Source of the DNA: Candidatus Eiseniibacteriota bacterium
GTDB taxonomy: Bacteria; ARS69
DNA length: 14,299 nt
Reading direction: 5' to 3'
Assembly (NCBI GenBank): GCA_052390515.1
Contig: JBQTGV010000177.1
Location: 1 to 14,299, forward strand
The position numbers and the translations under genes were made by a program. Below are positions 1 through 7,237 of the stretch, one piece after another (positions within the stretch are counted from its first letter, which is position 1; each line of letters starts with the position of its first letter). The notes beneath the pieces were generated by a model. It saw only the letters and a program-made list of their open reading frames with translations, searched no databases and was not told where the DNA came from.

Positions 1-71
1 GCGGGCGCCGGTGGGGCACGGCCGCAGTGGGGGGGGTGTTGTGCCCGACCTCCCCCGCGCCGTGGCCGGTC

Positions 72-98
72 GTGGGCAATTTTTACAAAATCCCCCAC
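72..98. promoter_or_regulatory. Imperfect palindrome, candidate transcription-factor operator
   Basis: GTGGGCAATTTT-TAC-AAAATCCCCCAC: 12-nt arms match at 10/12 positions around an AT-rich core, 19 nt upstream of the candidate -35 box. Confidence 0.4.
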
Positions 99-117
99 TA
101 CCACGAGGCCACCCCCC

Positions 118-149
118 TTGACGTACCCCCCCCCGGGACTCGGTACATT
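118..149 (+). promoter_or_regulatory. Candidate sigma70-type promoter for the 293-5760 operon
   Basis: TTGACG (118-123) and TACATT (144-149). The spacer is 20 nt, longer than the optimal 17, and contains a C9 run (126-134). Confidence 0.45.
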
Positions 150-292
150 GGTCTCGTTCAGCAGGCGACTATTTCTCTCTCCGGCAATCCCCCGTCGGAG
201 GTCCTGCTGACTGACGTGGGCGCGTCCCGCGTGCTCGTGTCCCGCGGCGGGATGCTGCCTGAGGTTCGGCACTCGAGCCGGGGGGGAACGTC

Positions 293-3200
293 ATGTCTAG
301 AAGCTCACTCGCCGCCGCCTGCGTCCTCGCTCTCATCCTGATCCTGATTCGCGCCGAAAGTACGCGCTCCAGCTACATGTGGGAGCCGGCTGTTCAGGTG
401 AGCAACACGCCGTATCGGTGTGTGCCGAACGTCGATCCATCGTGGAGCAAGACCGGCTCTCGCCGAATTCATCACGTGTTCAAGGAATGCGTGAACGCAG
501 CCGGCGACTGTGACGGCGACAGCGGCATGGGGTTGTACCTGGAAGTCGGGCCAGGGTTGGACGCCTCGGCTTGGAACTCGGCGTGGAGCGCCAGGGACAC
601 GCTGAACAGCAACGGCATGGGGGCGTCGGACTTCGACATGGTGGTGGACCGCAACGACGTGGTGCACGTGGTCCACGAGGTCTTCCATCACCCGGCCTAC
701 GGCGTGGGGCAGATCCCGGTCATCGCGTACAAGATGAAAGGTAGAAGGAGCTGGGATCCCGACACCGCCGTGGTGCTGGAGGACACGCTGACCGCCGGCA
801 CGATCGAGTGCACCCGCCGCGGCCACGGTCCCAAGCTCTTCCTGGAGCCGGGCGGAGACGAGGACACGATTCACGTGGCCATCCCTTACGACAACACGGA
901 CACGGTGAATTGCGCGCGGCCCACGCCGCCGATGCATCACGCCATGATCTACCTGAAGAAGGATGTGGCTCCCACTACTCCCGATACGGGAGGCGCGTGG
1001 CCGAACGAGACCTTCGCGACCCAGGAGTATGCGAAACATAACAAAGTGACCATCAATGGTGGAGGCGGGATCCAGATGCTGGGAGCGGGGATCTTCTCGC
1101 TGCTGCGCGATTCGACCGGGACCTTGCACATGTGGGGAATACAAAAGCTCGAGGCTACGACTGGGGCGGACACGCTTCTGTGGCGGCACTTTTGGGGCAC
1201 ACCGGGTGAGCCCGAGACGGCCTGGCAGGACACCACCAGCCGAGTGCTTCTGAAGGACGATCCACCGCTGGGCTTTGCCGAGTCCGGCGGCGAGCCGGCG
1301 CCTTTGAACAATGCGGTAGCGACGGACAGCTCGCTGTACTTCCTCTGGAAGCGGCGCCAGGGACCCGGGATCATTCATCGGGTGCCGGTCGGCGGGCCGT
1401 ATCCGGACACGACCGGCCTCAACTCATCCAACACTCGGCAACTCACCGCGTCCGGAGTGGCAGTGGAGCACTTGAAGCTGCGGCGGGCCGCGGATGGGGT
1501 CTGGCACCTCACCTGGCGAGCGAGACCTGACCCCAGCGCGGAGCCCCAGATCTGGCACAAGTACGTGACAACGGAAGAGGATCCCTTCGACGCCACGTCA
1601 GAAGTTCCGGACACGCCGGGCGGCTGGTCGACTCCGTCCATGGTGGCGGCCGACTTCGGAAGCGGGATCAGGGACGGCAAGCAAGCGTGGTACGTGGCCA
1701 ACGGCGACACGGTGTGGATCACGTTCGCGGCTGAGGCTGCGGGCGCGGACACGACGGACGAGGTGTGGTTCCGGAAGGGTTACCCGATCGGGTCGGACAG
1801 CGTGCTGGCGGGCAAGCAGGTCTGGGACGGCCTCGTCTCTCTGGACGCGGACTTCTACGTGGCTCCGAACTGCACGCTGGAGATCAAGCCCGGGACCATG
1901 GTGGTGGCGGCGGACAGCACCGACCGGCTCGCGGGTGGAGTGGACCCGAACTTGGTCGAACTGATCGTGCAAGGCACGCTGTTGGCCGACGGGACGGCGG
2001 CCGAGCCGATCGAGTTCCGCTCCGCGGATACGACGGCGACGAATGGCTGGTACGGAATCCGCCTGGACCTGATCGGCTCGACGTGGACCGGCTACGGCTA
2101 CATCGGCTCGGAGGAACCGCTGTCTTCGATCGCCCACGCCACGATCCGGGACGCGGCTAAGGGCATCTCCATCGAGAACCTGATCGCGCCGAACCTGGCG
2201 GACGTGCAGTTCACGAACATCGGGGGCAGTCCGGCCAAGCACATCTATCTCGACAGCACCGACGTGGTGCTGCCGTACGGGGTGTGGGACCGGACGGCCA
2301 ACCCCGACACGGTCAAGAGGGTGCCCGGCACCTGGGACCTTGCTCGGGTGAACGTCATCGCCGCCAACGCTGCGTCGCAGGATGCACCGTACGGAGCGGC
2401 GAGCCAGGTGGATTTGATCGTCCAGGGGAAGCTGTTCACCAGCGGCAGCTCCGCGAACGGTGACTCGACCTACTTCCGCCCGGAGAGCCCGACCAGCGCG
2501 GGGAACAACTGGGGCGGCCTGCTCCTGGATTTTGATGCCGCGGGGAGCGTGATCGAATATCTGGACATCGGCTACGCGGCCAATCCCGTGTTCCTCTTCT
2601 ATGCGGACTCGTCGACGGCGCTTCGCCACTGCCGGATCCACGACTTCGCGGACGTGGGCATCTGGGTGGACGAGGCGGTGGGTTTCGGGGGGATCATCGA
2701 GTCGAACACCGTCGAGCGTGGCACGAACGTTCTCCTGAGCCTTGGGCGAACGGGCATCTTGCTGGACGGCGCCGACCAGATGGTGGTGAAGGACAACAAG
2801 GTGGATCTGTCGGGGCTCGTGCTCACCGGAGGCACTTCCGCCGCCATCGACGTGATGTGGGGAAGCTCGTGGTGCAACGCGAATCCCCCGGGTGGTGAGC
2901 GGCTGGTTGTCCAGGGTAACTGGGTCGTGGGGCCAGGCACCGGGGCCCTCCTCGGGACGCACTCCGGCATCCGGTCCACGTGGATCTGTGCGCAGACCAA
3001 CCGCAGGGTCGACTACGTCCGGAACTACGTGGAGGACTTCAATCTGGCGGGGCTGGCGCTGACCCAGACCCAGCACATCCAGGCGGACAGCAACAACGTG
3101 GTGCAGAGCCTTCGAGCCGTGGACATCAGCCGGGACTCCAACGCGGCGCTGACCGGGCCCGTGGCAAACTGGAGGGCGAATTGGTTCGAGTACGACACGC

Positions 3201-3889
3201 GCGCCGCAATTGAGCTCATTCGCACGAACAACAAGCTTCGGACGAAGTTCGGTCCGAGTTCCACGCTACTCGGCGACAATGGGTTCCTCGTTGCCGACAG
3301 CATGGCTGTCTTTATGCGCGAGAACGACACGGCTGTGGACACTCTAAAGGCAGAGGAGAACTACTGGTATCTTGACGCGAACGGATCGGAGGTCTTCCTC
3401 AACACGCTGCAAGAGTGGTCATTCAAGATCCGACCTCGTCTAGACCCTGACTCGACCGAGTACGACGTCTGGCCGGTGAAGACGAGTGATTCGCCTGCCA
3501 CATACTTCCGGATGTCGAGCCCCCCATCCGTCGGTCGAGTGATGGCGAGTGCTTTAGGACTGTACAAGGAAGCCGGAGAACCTTCGGAAGCTGGGTCGGC
3601 GCCCCTGAGTACGTTCCTGAGTCCGCCGCTGGAGAATCCGATTCGGACAGCGACGGAAGTGGTGCTGGGAGTGGCGTCGGAGAACCAGGGCCTCTACAAG
3701 GTCGAGGTCTTCGACGTGGCGGGGCGGCGCGTCGCTACTCTGCTTCGAGAGACCCTTCATGCTGGAACGTACCGCATTCCCTGGAACGGAACGAACTCAT
3801 CTGGCGAACGAGTCACCGCAGGGACGTACTTCATGCGTGCGGAGGGTCCTGGATTCCTGAAGACACAAAAGGTTACGCTGGTGAGGTAA
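293..3889 (+). CDS. Large secreted/surface protein (1198 aa): signal peptide, beta-propeller-like N-terminal half, right-handed beta-helix region, C-terminal FlgD-Ig / T9SS type A-like sorting domain
   Basis: Hydrophobic N-terminus (LAAACVLALILILIRA). G-rich RBS 280-288. Blade-like motifs (DMVVDRNDVVHVVHE, DGVWHLTWR). Two LIVQG.L...G......F.......W.G modules that typically cap beta-helices. C-terminal NP...VEVFDVAGRRVATL...GTYRIPWNGTNSSGERVTAGTYFMR...TQKVTLVR. Confidence 0.85.
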   Translation: MSRSSLAAACVLALILILIRAESTRSSYMWEPAVQVSNTPYRCVPNVDPSWSKTGSRRIHHVFKECVNAAGDCDGDSGMGLYLEVGPGLDASAWNSAWSARDTLNSNGMGASDFDMVVDRNDVVHVVHEVFHHPAYGVGQIPVIAYKMKGRRSWDPDTAVVLEDTLTAGTIECTRRGHGPKLFLEPGGDEDTIHVAIPYDNTDTVNCARPTPPMHHAMIYLKKDVAPTTPDTGGAWPNETFATQEYAKHNKVTINGGGGIQMLGAGIFSLLRDSTGTLHMWGIQKLEATTGADTLLWRHFWGTPGEPETAWQDTTSRVLLKDDPPLGFAESGGEPAPLNNAVATDSSLYFLWKRRQGPGIIHRVPVGGPYPDTTGLNSSNTRQLTASGVAVEHLKLRRAADGVWHLTWRARPDPSAEPQIWHKYVTTEEDPFDATSEVPDTPGGWSTPSMVAADFGSGIRDGKQAWYVANGDTVWITFAAEAAGADTTDEVWFRKGYPIGSDSVLAGKQVWDGLVSLDADFYVAPNCTLEIKPGTMVVAADSTDRLAGGVDPNLVELIVQGTLLADGTAAEPIEFRSADTTATNGWYGIRLDLIGSTWTGYGYIGSEEPLSSIAHATIRDAAKGISIENLIAPNLADVQFTNIGGSPAKHIYLDSTDVVLPYGVWDRTANPDTVKRVPGTWDLARVNVIAANAASQDAPYGAASQVDLIVQGKLFTSGSSANGDSTYFRPESPTSAGNNWGGLLLDFDAAGSVIEYLDIGYAANPVFLFYADSSTALRHCRIHDFADVGIWVDEAVGFGGIIESNTVERGTNVLLSLGRTGILLDGADQMVVKDNKVDLSGLVLTGGTSAAIDVMWGSSWCNANPPGGERLVVQGNWVVGPGTGALLGTHSGIRSTWICAQTNRRVDYVRNYVEDFNLAGLALTQTQHIQADSNNVVQSLRAVDISRDSNAALTGPVANWRANWFEYDTRAAIELIRTNNKLRTKFGPSSTLLGDNGFLVADSMAVFMRENDTAVDTLKAEENYWYLDANGSEVFLNTLQEWSFKIRPRLDPDSTEYDVWPVKTSDSPATYFRMSSPPSVGRVMASALGLYKEAGEPSEAGSAPLSTFLSPPLENPIRTATEVVLGVASENQGLYKVEVFDVAGRRVATLLRETLHAGTYRIPWNGTNSSGERVTAGTYFMRAEGPGFLKTQKVTLVR
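1910..2119 (+). repeat. Direct repeat copy 1 (210 bp, codons 540-609 of the large gene); copy 2 at 5927-6136
   Basis: Manual ungapped alignment at offset 4017: 19 mismatches in 210 nt. Confidence 0.95.
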
Positions 3890-3904
3890 GGAGGTTGCAC
3901 AGCC

Positions 3905-5215
3905 ATGAAGAGGCATCGAGGACTCATGGTCACCGCAGGGTGCTGCTCCATCCTCACCCTCTCTCCAGGGTGGGCGGCCACCCAGAGGGTACCAACCGAG
4001 TATGCGACCATTCAGGCAGGCGTGGACGCTAGCGCACCTGGGGATACGGTGCTGGTCGCGCCCGGGACCTACGTCGATTGGGAGACGCGGGGCCTGCGGT
4101 CGGCTTGCGTCTTCTTGCGCGACGGTGTGGCCCTGCGGTCGGAGTCTGGACCGAGCGCGACAACGATCGACATGCAAGGTTCTGGTGTCGGCTCTGTCGA
4201 CGTGCTCTTTTCCGATCAGATCAGTTCGACTTCCACGCTGGTGGAAGGATTCACGATCACGGGGGTCCCCGTCGGCCGGTCAGGGGCGTTCGTGGTTGGA
4301 CCCGGGGTCATGACATTCCGCCATTGTGTGTTCCGGGACATGGACGGCGGCTCCTCGGGGTCCGCGGGGATCGTGTCCTGGTGCGACTTGGTCGTCAGCG
4401 GATGTGAGTTTCGGAATCTCCGTAGCACGTCCAATGGCGCCGGCATCTTCATGTCCAACGAGGCCGACCTATTCGTGGACGGCTGCCTGTTCACCAACTG
4501 CATGGAGCGCGCCATCGCCGCACTTGCCTTCGACAACCTGATCCACGAGCAGGCCGTGATCACCAACAGCTCGTTCATCGGGAACTCGGAGGCGAACTCG
4601 GGAGGCGGCGGGGCGATTGCGATCGGGGGCTATCAGGATGGTGTGACGATCACGGACTGCTACTTCGAGAACAACTCGGCGGCGTCGGGTGGGGGAGCGG
4701 TGGGAATCAACGCGGCTGTGACGGTTGCCTACTCAGTCCGGAACTGCGTCTTCTGGAACAACCGTACTTCGTTCGGGGGAGGAGGGGGCGGAGCGCTGGC
4801 GACGGGCGGGTCCGGGACCGTGATCGGCAACACCTTCCACGCCAACACGGCCTTCGGCGCCGGTCCGGCTGCGGCCTTCCAGGTGGGCTCCATCCAGTTC
4901 AAGAACAACGTCGTCTCCGGCTCGATCGGCGCTCCCGCGGTGTACGAGCTGAGCGGGGTGGTCAACTCGAGCTGCAACGTCTACTGGAACAATGCCGGCG
5001 GCGATGCCTTCGGCTTCAGCCTGTCGGCCACGGACCGGGTGGTCGATCCGCTCTACTGTGACCCCACGAACGGAGACTTCACGGTCCATGAGACATCGCC
5101 CTGCCTGCCGGCGAACTCGGCCGGCTGCGGGCAGATCGGAGCTCGAGCGCAAGGCTGCGGTTCGGTCGCAGTGGAGACCAGGTCCTGGGGTCGGATCAAG
5201 GAGGGTTACCGATGA
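3905..5215 (+). CDS. Secreted right-handed parallel beta-helix (pectin lyase-like) repeat protein (436 aa)
   Basis: RBS AGGAGG 3889-3894. Signal peptide. VPTEYATIQAGVDASAPGDTVLVAPGTY helix cap. Repeated F..N...GGA(I/V/L) motifs. DPLYCD...GDF....SPC...IGA closing motif. Terminal SWGRIKEGYR. Confidence 0.9.
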   Translation: MKRHRGLMVTAGCCSILTLSPGWAATQRVPTEYATIQAGVDASAPGDTVLVAPGTYVDWETRGLRSACVFLRDGVALRSESGPSATTIDMQGSGVGSVDVLFSDQISSTSTLVEGFTITGVPVGRSGAFVVGPGVMTFRHCVFRDMDGGSSGSAGIVSWCDLVVSGCEFRNLRSTSNGAGIFMSNEADLFVDGCLFTNCMERAIAALAFDNLIHEQAVITNSSFIGNSEANSGGGGAIAIGGYQDGVTITDCYFENNSAASGGGAVGINAAVTVAYSVRNCVFWNNRTSFGGGGGGALATGGSGTVIGNTFHANTAFGAGPAAAFQVGSIQFKNNVVSGSIGAPAVYELSGVVNSSCNVYWNNAGGDAFGFSLSATDRVVDPLYCDPTNGDFTVHETSPCLPANSAGCGQIGARAQGCGSVAVETRSWGRIKEGYR

Positions 5216-5760
5216 GAACCTTGCACGCATTCCCCGCGCTGGTCGCCGGCGCGGCGATGGTCGCCGCCGCGCCAGCCTTGGCCGAGACGCTCCGCTTGGC
5301 GGTGAAGGACATGACCACGGTTCAGGACGGCCTCGGCAATTCCCGGGTCTTCTTCCACCTGACGGACCCCGGAAGCCTGGGGGACGTGGCCGTGTCCAGT
5401 GCCAGCGTGCAGTTCGAACTCGCCGGGACGACGAGGGCGGGAAGCCTGGATCTCGCCGTGCATCCGGTGCAGACGGCGTGGAGTCCCGGTGCGGTTACTT
5501 GGTCCACGGCCTTCGACGAATCGGTGTACGGACGCACGGAGGTGGACCTGAACCGCGGCGGGACGGTGAGCTTGGATGTGACTCTCGTCGTGAAGGAGAT
5601 GCTGGAGGGCGGCGTCGCGACGAACGGCTTCGTGCTGACCGCGGCTGCGCCGGACGCGCTGGGCCTGCAGGCCGCAGATGTCTCGCGCTTCTCGAACCTC
5701 GCGTCTGGAGCCGTGGAGATCAACTACCGGACCACGCCGCCGAGGCCGCGGCCGAGGTAG
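5212..5760 (+). CDS. Secreted DNRLRE-like domain protein (182 aa)
   Basis: ATGA overlap with the upstream stop. RBS AAGGAGG 5198-5204. Signal peptide ending ALA-E. Pattern VSSASVQF...VHPVQTAWSPGAVTWST...LDVT.VVK.ML.G...NGFVL resembles DNRLRE/disaggregatase-related domains. The gene is solid; the domain name is less certain. Confidence 0.7.
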   Translation: MRTLHAFPALVAGAAMVAAAPALAETLRLAVKDMTTVQDGLGNSRVFFHLTDPGSLGDVAVSSASVQFELAGTTRAGSLDLAVHPVQTAWSPGAVTWSTAFDESVYGRTEVDLNRGGTVSLDVTLVVKEMLEGGVATNGFVLTAAAPDALGLQAADVSRFSNLASGAVEINYRTTPPRPRPR

Positions 5761-5926
5761 GCGGGCCGGCGGCCGGTGTGTGCCACGCCAGCCTCACCGC
5801 GCCGGCGCCCCGGCCCGATCCAGACCCGCCGGTAGGCGAGGCAGCACCCCGCGCGGTCATCTCCACGAACGCGGCGATGAACCCCCCGGGAATCGCGATG
5901 ATGTCCGGCACGACCCGCCACGCCGC

Positions 5927-6136
5927 GCGGACAGCACCGACCGGCTGGCCGGAGGGAAGGACCCGAACCTGATCGAGCTGATCGTGCAGGGCACGTTGCT
6001 TGCTGACGGCACGGCGACTGATCCGATCGAGTTCCGCTCCGCGGATACGACGGCGACGAACGGCTGGTACGGAATCCGCCTGGACCTGATCGGCTCGACG
6101 TGGACCGGCTACGGCTACATCGGCTCGGAGGAACCG
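5927..6136 (+). pseudogene. Orphan 70-codon fragment paralogous to codons 540-609 of the 293-3889 gene (direct repeat copy 2)
   Basis: Translates ADSTDRLAGGKDPNLIELIVQGTLLADGTATDPIEFRS...GSEEP, 66/70 aa identical to copy 1. It has no credible start or signal peptide, and similarity ends abruptly on both sides. Confidence 0.85.
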
Positions 6137-6159
6137 GCACTGGGTTCTCGCCGCGGGAA

Positions 6160-7227
6160 TCACAACCTGGTCGAGTCCGCCAGGACTGCGTCGCTCAGCC
6201 ACCGCGCGATGGCCCGCCCCGCGACGAGATTCCCGCGGACGGTGAAGTGCCCGTCCCGCGGGAGGTAGAGCCCGGCTGGCTGGCGCTCGGCCCGCAGCGG
6301 TCCGAGCAGGTCGAGGTGCGGGATCCCCGCCGCCGCCACCCGCGCGACGAGCTCGTCGTGCAGTTCCACCTGCGGCTCCCCCTGCGGCAGCACGTACACG
6401 TCGGCCGGAAAGAAGATCACGGCGAAACGCGCTCCCGCGGCCTTCGCCGCACGGTCCATGGCTATGATGTGCTCGGCGGCGCGCTCCATTCCCACTCGGA
6501 AGTCATCCTCCGAGAAGTTGCGCACCGGCCGGGCAGCCGGCATCGCCCCGAACCAGCGCACGGCCGCCGTCTCCCGAGCCACGGAGAGCAGCCGCCACAA
6601 GTGACTCGAGCGCTGCAGGAAGCTCTCCTGCCAGACGCGGTGAGTGTGCTCGTCGAAGAGGTGTCCGTCCCGGACGGTGTACAGGTTCGGCGCGCCGATG
6701 AACTCGTCCAGGAAGTCGTTGTCGAAGAACCCGAAGAGGATCACGTCGGGATCGAGCTGCGGTGCCAGCTCTTCCAGAAAGGCGAGCGCGTTCTCCGGGC
6801 CGTAGCCGAGCACGCCGCAGTTGATCGTCTCGACGGCGTCGCCCCCGGCCGCCCGATCCATTTCGCGCTCGACGACGCTGACCCACTCCTCGCCCTGTGG
6901 AACGCCCCATCCCCAGGTGAACGAATCCCCGAAGGCGAGCACGCGCGTCACGGTCTTCGCCCCGACCTCGTCGTCCCGCAGCCCGAGCGAGTTGCTCGTG
7001 AACTCGGTCTCGTGGCCGCTGATCTGCACCTTGCCGGTGAAGCTCGGCGCGGGCCGGTACGTGGGCCGCTCCGACGGCAGGAACATCCCCCGGCTCATGA
7101 ACTGCCGGACCTCGGCCTGGGAGGGGAGGGTCTGGGGCGCGGCCACGCGCACGATCAGCTCGGCGACCGGCACGAGGAGGAGCAGCGTGCCGAGGGTGAC
7201 GGCCGCGCCGGAGAGGAGGCGAACCAT
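6160..7227 (-). CDS. Membrane-anchored SGNH/GDSL-family protein, AlgX/AlgJ-like (about 355 aa)
   Basis: N-terminal TM segment (VTLGTLLLLVPVAELIVR), NSLGLRD, block I FGDSFTWG, block II INCGVLGYG, block III FFDND, and C-terminal DGHFT (D-x-H). Start placed at ATG 7227, just after the upstream stop at 7238; alternative ATG 7266. Confidence 0.88.
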   Translation of the reverse strand: MVRLLSGAAVTLGTLLLLVPVAELIVRVAAPQTLPSQAEVRQFMSRGMFLPSERPTYRPAPSFTGKVQISGHETEFTSNSLGLRDDEVGAKTVTRVLAFGDSFTWGWGVPQGEEWVSVVEREMDRAAGGDAVETINCGVLGYGPENALAFLEELAPQLDPDVILFGFFDNDFLDEFIGAPNLYTVRDGHLFDEHTHRVWQESFLQRSSHLWRLLSVARETAAVRWFGAMPAARPVRNFSEDDFRVGMERAAEHIIAMDRAAKAAGARFAVIFFPADVYVLPQGEPQVELHDELVARVAAAGIPHLDLLGPLRAERQPAGLYLPRDGHFTVRGNLVAGRAIARWLSDAVLADSTRL

Positions 7228-7237
7228 GCGGCAGAGT

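Noticed and set aside
27-341. 104-aa ORF upstream of the large gene
   Set aside because: It runs through homopolymers and promoter-like elements, has no evident RBS and overlaps the real start at 293.
305-3076. Long minus-strand ORFs 305-1378 and 1598-3076
   Set aside because: Antisense shadows of the 1198-aa gene with no recognisable motifs.
5762-5817. Intrinsic terminator after the plus-strand operon (CGGGCCGG / CCGGCCCG)
   Set aside because: The 8-bp GC arms are 40 nt apart with no U-tract; such stems arise easily at this GC content.
1910-6136. Diversity-generating retroelement TR/VR pair for the 210-bp repeat
   Set aside because: Mismatches are not adenine-specific in either copy (C/G, T/C and G/C changes) and are mostly synonymous. 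The repeat is mid-gene and no reverse transcriptase is in the window.
5678-6268. 196-aa ORF as a real gene
   Set aside because: Only the central 70 codons are protein-like (the paralogue fragment). The flanks overlap real genes on both sides and are Arg/Pro-rich.
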